Assembly (NCBI GenBank): GCA_963820525.1
Contig: CAWGAA010000003.1
Span: 512,001-576,000, forward strand
Length of the DNA stretch: 64,000 nucleotides
Direction of reading: 5' to 3'
Source: an uncultured Spirochaetota bacterium
GTDB taxonomy: Bacteria > Spirochaetota > Spirochaetia > SZUA-6 > Fen-1364
The number at the start of each line of letters is the position of its first letter. Position 1 is the first letter of the stretch. The notes under the pieces are model-generated. The model was not told the DNA's origin. It saw only the letters and a list, made by a program, of their open reading frames with translations, and searched no databases. The position numbers were made by a program, and so were the translations under genes. Of this stretch, positions 41,313 to 51,361 are shown piece after piece.

Positions 41313-41620
41313 CCATGGCTCGCGTGTGCGGGACCGTTGTGGCGAGCCGGCGTTCGGATGGGATTGCCGGCGCGAGCTGGCGCCTGGTCGAAGAGTGCGA
41401 TCAGCGCGGTGTGGGAAAAGGGGAGTATCTGGTGGCGCTGGACATGGTGGGCGCGGATCGCGGCCAGATGGTCCTGGTGACCCAGGGCAGCTCATGCCGG
41501 TGGACAACCCGCACCGAAGACCGCCCCATGGATGCCCTGGTTGTGGCTATCGTGGACTCGATCGACCAAGGCGGCTCTTTCATCTACTCCCAGGAAGGAC
41601 GAGGCAAAGGCCATGGCTGA
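41309..41620 (+). CDS. BMC-P pentamer (EutN/CcmL family)
   Basis: ARVCGTVVAS, VALDMVGA, QGSSCR, DALVVAIVD. Confidence 0.92.
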   Translation: MTMARVCGTVVASRRSDGIAGASWRLVEECDQRGVGKGEYLVALDMVGADRGQMVLVTQGSSCRWTTRTEDRPMDALVVAIVDSIDQGGSFIYSQEGRGKGHG

Positions 41621-43049
41621 AACGGCTGATGAAATACGCCGGATCGTACAGCAGGTGCTCGCGCAGTACGATGCCGCCGGCCTCCTGACGGGAGAGCGGG
41701 AGGCATCCGGCGGGCGCGAAGCTGCTGGAGCCCGGGGCGTTTTTGCGGAGGTGGACGCGGCGGTTCGAGCCGCAATGACGGCTCAAGCCGAGCTCGTCGC
41801 GCTGCCGCTGGATACGCGGAGGCGGGTGATCGATGCGATGCGCCGGGCCATGATGGATGCAAACGCAGAGCTCTCCGAGGAAGCCGTTCGGGAAACCGGG
41901 TTGGGCAGAACGGCGGACAAGATCGCGAAGAATCAGCTGGCGGCGCTGAAGACTCCCGGGGTGGAGGACGTGGAGCCCGCGGCCTTCTCCGACGAGCACG
42001 GCCTCACCATCACCGAGCGCGCTCCCTACGGCGTGATCGGGGCCATCACCCCGGTGACCAATCCAACATCGACCATCACGAGCAACTCGATCGGGATGAT
42101 CGCCGCGGGAAACTCCGTGGTGTTCAACGTCCACCCCAGCGCGAAGACGGTCTCCAACCACCTGGTGGCGCTGCTCAACGAGGCAATCCTTCGGGAGGGC
42201 GGGCCGAACAACCTGCTGTGCGCCGTGGCGAATCCCACGATAGAAAGCGCTGGGGCGCTCATGAAACATCCCGCGGTGGCCATGCTCGTGGTCACGGGCG
42301 GGCCCGCTGTCGTAAAGGCGGCGATGGCAAGCGGGAAAAAGGCGATCTGCGCCGGACCGGGCAATCCCCCCTGCGTCGTGGACTCAAGCGCGGACCTGGT
42401 GAAAGCGGGCCGCGACATCGTCCAGGGAGCCAGCTTCGACAACAACGTGGTCTGCATCTGCGAAAAAGAGATCCTGGCCGTGGAGAGCATCGCCGACAGG
42501 CTGAAGCAGGAGATGCGGGCGAACGGGGCCTTCGAGCTGGGCGCAAGCCAGATCGAAGCGGTGACCAGGACGGCCCTCCGTGCGCCCGGCGGATCGGAAA
42601 GCCTGCCCAACAAGGACATGGTAGGAAAGGACGCGTATGTCATCGCCAAAGCGGCCGGCATCGAGGTGCCGCGGGAGACGCGGCTCCTGCTCATGGAGGT
42701 GGGCCGGGAGCACCCGCTGGTCTGGAGCGAGCAGCTCATGCCCGTGCTGCCGCTCGTGCGGATGCGAAGCGTGGATGAAGCGATAGACTTCGCGGTGCAG
42801 GTGGAGCATGGGTTCCGTCACACGGCAATGATCCATTCCCACGACATCGGGGCGCTTTCCCGAATGGCGAAGGTGATGAACTGCTCGCTTTTCGTGAAGA
42901 ACGGTCCCTGCTACGCCGGGCTGGGCCAGGGAGGGGCGGGATTCACCTCCTTCACCATTGCGAGCCCCACGGGAGAAGGGCTCACGCGGGCGCGCACCTT
43001 CACGCGGGAGCGCCGCTGCACGCTCGTGGATTACTTCAGGATCATCTGA
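41613..43049 (+). CDS. Acylating aldehyde dehydrogenase (EutE/PduP family) with N-terminal encapsulation peptide
   Basis: PVTNP, VTGGP, AGPGNPP, SFDNNVVCICEKE, EQLMP, TIASPTGEG; N-terminal DEIRRIVQQVLAQ. Confidence 0.93.
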   Translation: MAETADEIRRIVQQVLAQYDAAGLLTGEREASGGREAAGARGVFAEVDAAVRAAMTAQAELVALPLDTRRRVIDAMRRAMMDANAELSEEAVRETGLGRTADKIAKNQLAALKTPGVEDVEPAAFSDEHGLTITERAPYGVIGAITPVTNPTSTITSNSIGMIAAGNSVVFNVHPSAKTVSNHLVALLNEAILREGGPNNLLCAVANPTIESAGALMKHPAVAMLVVTGGPAVVKAAMASGKKAICAGPGNPPCVVDSSADLVKAGRDIVQGASFDNNVVCICEKEILAVESIADRLKQEMRANGAFELGASQIEAVTRTALRAPGGSESLPNKDMVGKDAYVIAKAAGIEVPRETRLLLMEVGREHPLVWSEQLMPVLPLVRMRSVDEAIDFAVQVEHGFRHTAMIHSHDIGALSRMAKVMNCSLFVKNGPCYAGLGQGGAGFTSFTIASPTGEGLTRARTFTRERRCTLVDYFRII

Positions 43050-43059
43050 AGGAAGCGGC

Positions 43060-43359
43060 ATGAAGCTGGGACGGGTGATCGGCCGGGTGGTGTGCACGCA
43101 AAAGATGGAATGCCTGGATCGGCTGGCGCTGCTCCTTGTCCAGCCGATAGACGAGACGGGAAAAGACGCGGGAGCGCCGCTGGTAGCCTTCGACGCGGCG
43201 CGCGCTGGCGAAGGGGACGTGGTGATCCTGGAAGCGGGAAAGGAAGCGGCGCAGGCCAATCCCAACGGCTGGTTCAATCCGGCTGACGCGGCGATCATTG
43301 GAATCGTGGACGGGGTGAATGCCGGGACCGCGAAGACGCGGCCGAGGGGCCGGCAATGA
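43060..43359 (+). CDS. BMC-P pentamer (EutN/CcmL family)
   Basis: GRVIGRVVCTQK, AGEGDVV, DAAIIGIVD. Confidence 0.92.
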   Translation: MKLGRVIGRVVCTQKMECLDRLALLLVQPIDETGKDAGAPLVAFDAARAGEGDVVILEAGKEAAQANPNGWFNPADAAIIGIVDGVNAGTAKTRPRGRQ

Positions 43360-43652
43360 TGCTCGCGCGCGTGGTGGCAAGCGTCGTGTCCACCGAGAAG
43401 CATCCCCATTACAAGGGGCACAAGATCCTCGTCGTCCAGCCCGTGGATCCCGAGGGCAACCCCAAGGGCAGGTGCCTCCTCGCGGTGGATGGGGTGCAGG
43501 CGGGGATCGGGGACACGGTGCTCGTGGTGGATGAGGGCGGCTCGGCGCGCGTCGTCATCGGGGACGAGTCCGCGCTGACCATCCGCACGGCCATCTGCGG
43601 GATCGTCGACAGGGTGGACGTGGAAGACTCACCGCGGGGGAGGGCGCCGTGA
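43356..43652 (+). CDS. BMC-P pentamer (EutN/CcmL family)
   Basis: ARVVASVVSTEK, AVDGVQAGIGD, EGGSAR, GIVD. Confidence 0.92.
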   Translation: MMLARVVASVVSTEKHPHYKGHKILVVQPVDPEGNPKGRCLLAVDGVQAGIGDTVLVVDEGGSARVVIGDESALTIRTAICGIVDRVDVEDSPRGRAP

Positions 43653-44122
43653 ACACGACCGACACGGTGCACAGCGTCGCCCTCGGCTCCGACCACGCCG
43701 CGTTCGCCCAGAAGGAAGCGCTCAAGAGGTATCTCGAGACCGTCGGTTATCGGGTCGTGGACGTCGGGTGCTTCGGCGCGGACAGGGTGGACTACCCCGA
43801 TATCGCCATCGCCGTCTGCCGGCGGGTGGTAAGCGGAGACTGCGAGCGGGGGATCGTCCTCGACGGGTCGGGCATCGGCTCCTGCATGGCGGCGAACAAG
43901 ATCAAGGGGATCCGGGCGGCTCTGTGCTACGACATCCGGACCGTGCTCAACAGCCGTGAGCACAACAACGCCAATGTGCTCAGTCTCGGCGGCCCGCTTC
44001 ATGACGCGGGACAGCTGTGCGACATGGCGCGGACGTGGCTTCAGGCCCGCTTCGGCGGCGGCAGGCACATCATCCGTGTAAACAAGATCATGGCAATCGA
44101 GCGAGGAGGCTTCGGAGACTGA
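43649..44122 (+). CDS. rpiB: RpiB/LacAB-family sugar-phosphate isomerase
   Basis: [43 protein letters not shown]. Confidence 0.9.
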   Translation: MNTTDTVHSVALGSDHAAFAQKEALKRYLETVGYRVVDVGCFGADRVDYPDIAIAVCRRVVSGDCERGIVLDGSGIGSCMAANKIKGIRAALCYDIRTVLNSREHNNANVLSLGGPLHDAGQLCDMARTWLQARFGGGRHIIRVNKIMAIERGGFGD

Positions 44123-44934
44123 TGGACCAGAATCAACTGATCGAGAAGATCGTGGCCGAAGTGGTTGCGCGCATGAGCGCGGGCGCGGCGAAGCCCGACA
44201 CCCCGGCGGGAGGCTCTCCCCTCGCCCCGGGCGTCTCGAGCGCCGGGGTGCTGCCCGCGCTTGCCCCCGCGGACATTGCGCGGTACATCGACCACACCAT
44301 GCTCCGCCCCGAGGCGCCCAACGCCGCCTTCGAGAAGCTCTGCCAGGAGGCGCTCACCTACAAGTTCTACGGCGTGTGCGTGAACTCGTGCAGGGTGGCC
44401 GCCGTGGCGAAAAGGCTCCAGGGCACGGGGGTGAAGGTGTGCTCCGTCGTCGGATTTCCCCTGGGCGCAATGACCTCCCGGTCCAAGGCCTTCGAGGCGC
44501 GCGAAGCAATTTCGGACGGCGCGCAGGAAATCGACATGGTCATCAATATCGGGCTCCTGAAGTCCGGAGACTTCCGTGGGGTGGAGGAGGACATCCGGGC
44601 CGTGCGCCGCGCCACCCGGGCCAATACCGTGCTCAAGGTGATCATCGAGACGGCGCTCCTCACCCAGGACGAGAAGGTGATGGCGTGCGAACTGTCCAAG
44701 AAGGCGGGCGCCGATTTCGTGAAGACCTGCACGGGGTTCTCCGGCGGGGGGGCGACCGTGGAGGACATTGCGCTGATGCGCCGGGTGGTGGGAAGCGAGA
44801 TGGGCGTGAAGGCGAGCGGCGGGATTCGCACGTACAAGAGCGCCGCGGCCATGATCGGCGCGGGGGCCAGCAGGATCGGCTGCGTGGCCAGCGTCGCGAT
44901 AGTCACCGGCGCGGAGGGCACCGGCGCCTACTGA
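44122..44934 (+). CDS. deoC: Deoxyribose-phosphate aldolase with N-terminal encapsulation peptide
   Basis: [40 protein letters not shown]-terminal [14 protein letters not shown] plus Pro/Ala/Gly linker. Confidence 0.95.
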   Translation: MDQNQLIEKIVAEVVARMSAGAAKPDTPAGGSPLAPGVSSAGVLPALAPADIARYIDHTMLRPEAPNAAFEKLCQEALTYKFYGVCVNSCRVAAVAKRLQGTGVKVCSVVGFPLGAMTSRSKAFEAREAISDGAQEIDMVINIGLLKSGDFRGVEEDIRAVRRATRANTVLKVIIETALLTQDEKVMACELSKKAGADFVKTCTGFSGGGATVEDIALMRRVVGSEMGVKASGGIRTYKSAAAMIGAGASRIGCVASVAIVTGAEGTGAY

Positions 44935-44951
44935 GGCCGGAACGTATCCGC

Positions 44952-45821
44952 ATGAGCGTCACTCTGCGCAATGGCCTCTTCCGCGCAAGCGTCTCGCAGA
45001 TGGGAGCCGAGCTCACGAGCCTCGCGGACCTGGCAACCGGCCAGGAGTACATGTGGCAGGCGGACCCCTCATGGTGGGCCGGCACGGCCCCGGTGCTTTT
45101 TCCCGTCATCGGGGGATTGAAGGGCGGGGCCTACACCTTTGAAGGAAAGCAATACCGCCTGCCGTCGCACGGCTTTGCGCGCAACAGCGCGTTTCGCGTC
45201 TCGGCAACGGGTGCGGATTTCGCCGCGCTCGTGCTTTCCTCCAGCTCGGAAACACGCGAGAGCTATCCTTTCGACTTCTCTCTTGCCGTCGGCTTTCGCC
45301 TGATGAGCTCCGGCGTCAGCGTGCGCTACGAGGTCAGGAACACCGGCTCCGGCCGCATGTATTTCTCCATCGGCTCCCACCCGGCATTCAACCTCCCCTT
45401 TGCGGGAGGGGCGCTGGAGAACTACTACGTGGTGTTCGAGCGGGAAGAGGCTCTTGAGCGGTGGTTCTTCAAGGACGGTATGGTGACTGCGGGAAAGGCC
45501 GCGGAGGTCATGGAGAACAGCAGGGTGCTCTCCCTGTCGCGCACGCTCTTCGATCAAGGCCCCGTGATTTTCAAGGGCCCGCAATCGCGGCGGTTCATTA
45601 TCGCCAATAGCCGCAATACCCGCTCCATCACCGTGGCGACGGACGGCGTGCCCTTTGTTGCCGTCTGGTCAAAACCCAATGCCCCTTTCCTCTGCATCGA
45701 ACCGTGGAACGGGCTGCCCGATATGAGCGATTGCTCGGGGAATATCGTTGAGAAAGAGGGCATCATCGCCCTTGAGCCGGGATCATGCTTCGGCACCGGC
45801 TATTCGATCGAGGTCGCGTAG
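44952..45821 (+). CDS. Aldose 1-epimerase family protein (LacX-like)
   Basis: GAELTSL, APVLFP, HGFAR, SYPFDF, GSHPAF, FLCIEPW. Confidence 0.88.
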   Translation: MSVTLRNGLFRASVSQMGAELTSLADLATGQEYMWQADPSWWAGTAPVLFPVIGGLKGGAYTFEGKQYRLPSHGFARNSAFRVSATGADFAALVLSSSSETRESYPFDFSLAVGFRLMSSGVSVRYEVRNTGSGRMYFSIGSHPAFNLPFAGGALENYYVVFEREEALERWFFKDGMVTAGKAAEVMENSRVLSLSRTLFDQGPVIFKGPQSRRFIIANSRNTRSITVATDGVPFVAVWSKPNAPFLCIEPWNGLPDMSDCSGNIVEKEGIIALEPGSCFGTGYSIEVA

Positions 45822-45882
45822 CCCGGCATGCGAACGCCCGCGAAGCGGCCCGGTGACTGAAGCGCGGGAGCCGCAGTCCCTC

Positions 45883-47016
45883 CTAGCGCGTCTGACTCCT
45901 GAACCGAAAGATGCTCACCCCGATGATGACGGCCCCGAAGACGAGAAGCGCCAGCGCTTCGCGCCACAGCTGGGCAAGCCCGACGCCCTTCAGGAAAAGC
46001 CCCCGGATGATGACGAAGTAATAGCGAAGGGGGAAGAGATACGTCACCCACTGCACGAAGGGCGGCATGTTCTCTATGGGAAAAACGAACCCGGAGAGGA
46101 TCACCATGGGGAAGAGCAGGAAAAAAATGGAGATCATCATTGCCTGCTGCTGGTTTCTCGCGAAGGTGGACACGAGAAGCCCCAGGCCCAGCGTGGAGAG
46201 GAGAAACTCGGCGGTGAGCAGGTAGAGAAGCAGGACGCTCCCTTTCACGCCGATGTTGAACAGCGTGAAGCAGGACACCACCACGATGGTGACCATGACG
46301 AAGCTGATCAGGATGAAGGGGGTGAGCTTTCCCACGATGAGCTGGTATGGGCGTAGCGGCGTGACAATGAGCTGCTCCATGGTCCCCCGCTCCTTCTCCT
46401 TCACGATGGAAAGGGAGGTGAGGATCACCGTCATCACCAGGAGGATCATCGCGAGGATCCCCGGCACCAGGAAGTTCCTGCTGGAAAGCTCCGGGTTGAA
46501 GAGCACCCGGGGCTGGGGATTCACTCCCGCGGCAAGCGTGCGAAGGTCGAGGCCCAGGCGTCCAAGGCGCGCCTGGGTTGAAGAAGCCGAAAAGCGGCCG
46601 ATAATCTGCGTGGCATAGCTCTGGCCGATCACTGCGTTGTTGGACTCCGAGCCGTCCACCAGAAGCTGGACGCTCGTCGATCTGCCGCTCTCCAGGTCCC
46701 TCTCGAAATCCCTCGGCAGAACGACCCCGATGGAGACATGGCCGTCCCGTATGTCGCGCTCCAGGCTTTCCGCGTCGGGGGAATACTCCTTCAGGCTGAA
46801 GTACTCCGAGTTGGTGAACTCGGCCACCAGGGCGCGGCCGGCCGCGCTCCTGTCAGGGTCCACCACTCCCAAGGCTATATTCTTCACGTCCATGTTGGCC
46901 GCATAGCCCAGGATCAGGACCTGGAATATGGGGCTCAGGAAGATGATGACCAGCATCCTCCTGTCGCGCCGGATCTGCTGGAACTCCTTGCGCACGACAG
47001 TGGCGATTGCCTTCAC
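45883..47016 (-). CDS. ABC-2 exporter permease (YbhR-like)
   Basis: KEFQQIRRD, EKERGTMEQL, LSGFVFPIENMP. Confidence 0.9.
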   Translation of the reverse strand: MKAIATVVRKEFQQIRRDRRMLVIIFLSPIFQVLILGYAANMDVKNIALGVVDPDRSAAGRALVAEFTNSEYFSLKEYSPDAESLERDIRDGHVSIGVVLPRDFERDLESGRSTSVQLLVDGSESNNAVIGQSYATQIIGRFSASSTQARLGRLGLDLRTLAAGVNPQPRVLFNPELSSRNFLVPGILAMILLVMTVILTSLSIVKEKERGTMEQLIVTPLRPYQLIVGKLTPFILISFVMVTIVVVSCFTLFNIGVKGSVLLLYLLTAEFLLSTLGLGLLVSTFARNQQQAMMISIFFLLFPMVILSGFVFPIENMPPFVQWVTYLFPLRYYFVIIRGLFLKGVGLAQLWREALALLVFGAVIIGVSIFRFRSQTR

Positions 47017-48149
47017 GTCCCCCTCCCCGCCCGCCTGAGGCGGTATGCGCTGCCGGCAAGGATGATCGCGGCGAAGATCGCCAGGCCGGCCGCCTCCCCG
47101 GCATAGGAAGAAAAGCCGGCGCCCTTGACCATGATCCCGCGCAGGGCGGCCAGGTAGTAGCGCGTCGGCATGAGGTAGGTGACCGCCTGGATGGGGATGG
47201 GCATGTTCGAAATGGGAAAGACGAAGCCGGAAAGGACGAAGGAAGGGAGCATGGTAATGAGGACCGAGATCGTGAACGCCACCTGCTGGGAGTCCGAGAT
47301 CGTGGAGATGAAGAGGCCCATGCCAAGCGAGCAGAGCAGGAAGAGGAAGCTCATGAGCGCGAGCATGAGGATGCTGCCGCGAACCGCCACGCCGAAGAGC
47401 AGATACCCGAGCGCGATGGCCATGACCGTCGAGATGGTCGCGGTCACGATATAGGGAACCGTCTTTCCCACGATGAGCTCCACCGGCCGCAGGGGCGAAA
47501 CGAGGATCTGTTCCATTGTGCCCAGCTCCTTTTCCCGGACGACGGCAAGGGAGGTGGAAATGACGGCGATCATGCCCAGGATGAGCACGATGAGCCCGGG
47601 AACAAGGAAGTCGGCGCTGTTGAGCTCCGGATTGAAGAGGACCCGCGGCCGGACTTCCAGGGGAGAGAGGAGCACCTGGCGGCCGGCCCTGGTGAGGCGT
47701 ACGGCCGCGAGCTTTGCCGAATACTCTGAGCTCACGGCCTGCACATAGCCCAAAGCCGTGGAGGCGGAGTTTCCGTTGGAGCCGTCAACGATCGCCTGGA
47801 CTTCCGTCTCCTCTCCCCTGATCAGGCTCTTCTGGAAACCGCGCGGGATGACCAGGGCAACCAGAATCTCTCCCCTGTCCATGAGGGAGTCGATCTGGCC
47901 TCGGTCCGAAAGGGAATACCGGTAGCGGAAGTACTCGGTGTGCACGAAGGAGTCGATGTAGGATCGGGACATCCGGCTCTTGTCCTGGTCCAGGACGCCG
48001 AGAGCGATGTTCTTGGTGTCCAGGTTGATGGCGTAGCCGAACATCACCAGGAGGAACAGGGGCACGACGAGGAGCACGCCGAGGGTGCCGGGATCCCGGA
48101 GGATCTGGCGGAACTCCTTCTTGACCAGCGCTGCGATGCGGCGGATCAC
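47013..48149 (-). CDS. ABC-2 exporter permease (YbhS-like)
   Basis: KEFRQILRD, REKELGTMEQ; start GTG 48149. Confidence 0.9.
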   Translation of the reverse strand: MIRRIAALVKKEFRQILRDPGTLGVLLVVPLFLLVMFGYAINLDTKNIALGVLDQDKSRMSRSYIDSFVHTEYFRYRYSLSDRGQIDSLMDRGEILVALVIPRGFQKSLIRGEETEVQAIVDGSNGNSASTALGYVQAVSSEYSAKLAAVRLTRAGRQVLLSPLEVRPRVLFNPELNSADFLVPGLIVLILGMIAVISTSLAVVREKELGTMEQILVSPLRPVELIVGKTVPYIVTATISTVMAIALGYLLFGVAVRGSILMLALMSFLFLLCSLGMGLFISTISDSQQVAFTISVLITMLPSFVLSGFVFPISNMPIPIQAVTYLMPTRYYLAALRGIMVKGAGFSSYAGEAAGLAIFAAIILAGSAYRLRRAGRGT

Positions 48150-49111
48150 GGCCCCGCCTCCTCGCGCTGTCTTTCGATGAGCTGGATGAACACGTCCTCG
48201 AGCGACGGGACGATCCTCTGGATGGCGGTGGCGGGAATACCGCGGGCTTCGAGCAGGGAAGCTATGCGTCCCGGCGCATCGTGGCCCCCCTCCTGCGTCA
48301 CGTTCACGTGGAGCTTCGTGCCGAAGACCGAGGTCTCCCGCACCCACGGCTCCCCCTGCAGCGCCTCCATCCCCTCGATGACGTTGGGGCACTCGACCTC
48401 GTACATGTCCGACGCGATATGGCGCTCCTTGAGCGCACCGGGGCTGCCCTGCGCGATAACGCGCCCCGCGTGCATCAGCGTGATCGTGGAGCAGTACTCG
48501 GCCTCGTCCAGGTAGTGCGTTGTCACCAGGACCGTCGTCCCCTTTCCCGCCATCGCGTGGATCAGCTCCCAGAACCTGCGCCGGGATACGGGATCCACCC
48601 CGCCGGTGGGCTCGTCGAGAAAGACTATCTGGGGCTCGTGCAGCACCGCGCAGCCCAGCGCGAGACGCTGCTTGAAGCCCTGGGCGAGCTCGCGGGTGAG
48701 GCTTGTCTGCCGGCCGGAAAGCCCCGCCATGTCAAGCACCCAGTCGGCGCGCCGGGTGAGGGCTTCCCGCTCCAGGCCGTACACGCCGCCGAAGAAGCGG
48801 ATGTTCTCCGCCACGGTGAGATCCTCGTACAGGGAAAAGCGCTGGGACATGTAGCCGATGCGGCTCTTGAGCGCGTCGCTCTGAGAGTTGATGTCGAACC
48901 CGGCAACTCGTGCTCCGCCCGAAGTGGATTTCAAAAGGCCGCAGAGCATCCTGATGGTCGTGGACTTTCCGGCGCCATTGGCGCCCAACAGTCCGAAGAT
49001 GGCTCCCCGGGGAACCGAGAAGCTGACATTGTCCACGGCGCGGAAGCTCCCGAAGCTCTTGCTCAATCCCTGGACCTCGATGGCCGGCCCCTTCTCCTCC
49101 CGCCCGCTCAC
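48146..49111 (-). CDS. ABC transporter ATP-binding protein
   Basis: GANGAGKST, FLDEPT, THY. Confidence 0.93.
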   Translation of the reverse strand: MSGREEKGPAIEVQGLSKSFGSFRAVDNVSFSVPRGAIFGLLGANGAGKSTTIRMLCGLLKSTSGGARVAGFDINSQSDALKSRIGYMSQRFSLYEDLTVAENIRFFGGVYGLEREALTRRADWVLDMAGLSGRQTSLTRELAQGFKQRLALGCAVLHEPQIVFLDEPTGGVDPVSRRRFWELIHAMAGKGTTVLVTTHYLDEAEYCSTITLMHAGRVIAQGSPGALKERHIASDMYEVECPNVIEGMEALQGEPWVRETSVFGTKLHVNVTQEGGHDAPGRIASLLEARGIPATAIQRIVPSLEDVFIQLIERQREEAGP

Positions 49112-50031
49112 GACGCCGCCCTTCCCCCGATGAGCGAAATGAACACGTTCTCCAGGCTCGGTGAAATGGGCCGCCAGGAGGAGACCGTCACGCCGGCCCG
49201 GATCAAGGCTTCTATCACCCCCTCGGCTGGAACGTCTCTGCCAAGCGAAAGGTTCAGACGGTCTCCAAAGAGCTGAATGTCCGAAACGGCCGGCAGGCCG
49301 CGCGCAAGGGCGTACGCCCCGCGGGGATCGGGACAGACGATCTCGACGAACTTTTGCGTCATCGCGGCCTTGATCCGCGCCGGAGTGTCGGCGACGAGGA
49401 GCTTCCCCCGGTCCAGAAGCCCGACGCGCGTGCTCCGCTCCGCCTCGTCGAGGTAGGGCGTGGTCATGAACACGGTGATCCCGCTTTTGAGCAGGTTGGA
49501 GAGGATGATCCAGAACTCCCTGCGGGAAACCGGATCCACCCCCGTGGTCGGCTCGTCGAGGAAGATGATGTCGGGCCTGTGGATCAGTGTGCAGGCGAGC
49601 GCCAGCTTCTGCTTCATGCCGCCGGAGAGCTTGTCAGCCAGGCGGCTTCTGAAGGGTGAAAGGCGCGTGAAGTCCAGAAGCTCGTCGCGCCGCTTCTCGA
49701 AGGCCGACACCCCGTGGATCTCGGCGAAGAACTCGATGTTCTCGTCCACCGTGAGGTCCCCGTAGAGGCTGAAACGCTGGGAAAGGTAGCCGATCCGCTC
49801 CTTGATCCGCGAGATCTCGCGGCCGAGATCGAAGCCCAGGATGCGCGCCTCCCCATGCGTCGGCTGCACGAGACCGCAGAGGATTCTGAGGGTGGTCGTC
49901 TTTCCCGCGCCGTCGGGACCGACCAGGCAAAACATCTCGCCGCGCTCCACGGCAAGGCTCACGTCGCGGAGCGCGGTGAGCGACCCGTAGCTTTTGGTGA
50001 GCCCGGACGTCTCGATGGCGGGAGCGGCCAT
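49108..50031 (-). CDS. ABC transporter ATP-binding protein
   Basis: GPDGAGKTT, LSGGMKQK, FLDEPT. Confidence 0.93.
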   Translation of the reverse strand: MAAPAIETSGLTKSYGSLTALRDVSLAVERGEMFCLVGPDGAGKTTTLRILCGLVQPTHGEARILGFDLGREISRIKERIGYLSQRFSLYGDLTVDENIEFFAEIHGVSAFEKRRDELLDFTRLSPFRSRLADKLSGGMKQKLALACTLIHRPDIIFLDEPTTGVDPVSRREFWIILSNLLKSGITVFMTTPYLDEAERSTRVGLLDRGKLLVADTPARIKAAMTQKFVEIVCPDPRGAYALARGLPAVSDIQLFGDRLNLSLGRDVPAEGVIEALIRAGVTVSSWRPISPSLENVFISLIGGRAAS

Positions 50032-50036
50032 GCGGA

Positions 50037-51023
50037 TCAGCCGCCCTTGGGCGGAGCGAGGGGAGCGAGGGAGGCGTCGGCGGGCATCCCCGATTTGAGG
50101 ATCCCATCCGGATTGGGGATCTCCAGCTTCACCCCGTAGACAAGCTTCGCCCGCTCGTCCCTTGTCTGGACGTTCTTGGGGGTGAACTCCGCTTCGGGAG
50201 AAATGAAGACGACCTTCGCGGCGAACGTACGTCCGGGGTAGGAGTCGATTGAGACTTCAGCCTTCTGCCCTACCGCGATCCGCCCCAGGTCAGATTCGGA
50301 AACATAAATGGTCAGGTTGACGGTGCCGGGGTCCGAGACGATGAAAACCGGCGCCCCGGGAGCCACCAGCTCGCCTTTTTCCACGAGCCTCTGGGTGATG
50401 ATGCCGTCGGCAGGCGAGGTGATGGTGCAGTCCTCGATGCTCTTGCTGAGGAGCCGCACCCCGTCCCTGGCCTGATCGAGCCGGGCCGTTGCGGCCTGAA
50501 CCTCCTCGGGCCGCGCCAGTCCCTCCAGCTTTTTCAATATCTGCTGGGCCGTGTTGTACTGAGAGTGGGCCACCGTGACTCGGGCACGGGCGTCGTCGAG
50601 CTGCTTCTGTGTTGCGCTGCCGTTGGCGAAGAGGTCCGTGAGCCTTTTCAAGTCGTCCTCGGCCGTCTTCTGGTTTTCTCCCGCTTCCCGTATGGCATCC
50701 TGCGCCTGGCTGATGTCCTCGGCGCGGGCGCCCTTGAGCAGGAGGTTGAGGTTGGCCGTGGCCAGCGCCACGCCGGCCTCGGCCTGCGAGAGCTGGATAT
50801 CGAGCGCGCTGTGGTCGATCCTGGCCAGGACGCTCCCGGCCTTCACGGTGTCGCCTTCGGCGCCGGGAAGCTCCACGATCTCCCCGCCTGCCTTGGAAGA
50901 TGTGCGCACCTCCCGCGCCTCGATGGTGCCGGAGGCGCGGATGCGGGTATCCCGATGGGAGCAGGAGAGAGCTGCCAGGAGGCAGATGAAGCCCGAAAGA
51001 ACGCGCGCTGATGCGTGTTTCAT
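50037..51023 (-). CDS. HlyD-family membrane fusion protein (YbhG-like), possible lipoprotein
   Basis: SGTIEA, coiled coil, AEFTPKNVQT, LKSGMPAD; ALSC lipobox-like. Confidence 0.9.
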   Translation of the reverse strand: MKHASARVLSGFICLLAALSCSHRDTRIRASGTIEAREVRTSSKAGGEIVELPGAEGDTVKAGSVLARIDHSALDIQLSQAEAGVALATANLNLLLKGARAEDISQAQDAIREAGENQKTAEDDLKRLTDLFANGSATQKQLDDARARVTVAHSQYNTAQQILKKLEGLARPEEVQAATARLDQARDGVRLLSKSIEDCTITSPADGIITQRLVEKGELVAPGAPVFIVSDPGTVNLTIYVSESDLGRIAVGQKAEVSIDSYPGRTFAAKVVFISPEAEFTPKNVQTRDERAKLVYGVKLEIPNPDGILKSGMPADASLAPLAPPKGG

Positions 51024-51312
51024 GACTCAAGCTTCTTACGCGGAGCCGCGCCGCGTCAAGCTCCATGAAGGGTTTCCGCCGCGCTCGCCACCGACATGCC
51101 GGCCAGGCGTCTCCTGCGCGCCTGGGCGGCCTTGGCCCAACGCCCCGCCAAGCCGCCGGCGGCGGCGCTACGTTGGGATGGAGGCCGTCAAGAGGGGCTT
51201 CCATTGCCAGAACGGAGCGCTGGCGGTCGGCACCGCGCGGATGTTCGGCTGTCTGGACAGGCCGAGCGGGGGCGAGGTGCGGGGCGCCGGCCCCTGCGGT
51301 AGCGACGCGTCC

Positions 51313-51341
51313 TTTACAGCTGAATTCCCTTCGGGTAGTAT
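51313..51341 (+). promoter_or_regulatory. Sigma70-type promoter
   Basis: TTTACA, 17 bp spacer, TAGTAT; followed by SD GAGGAG and ATG 51362. Confidence 0.55.
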
Positions 51342-51361
51342 GGAGGCCCGAGGAGGAGCAC

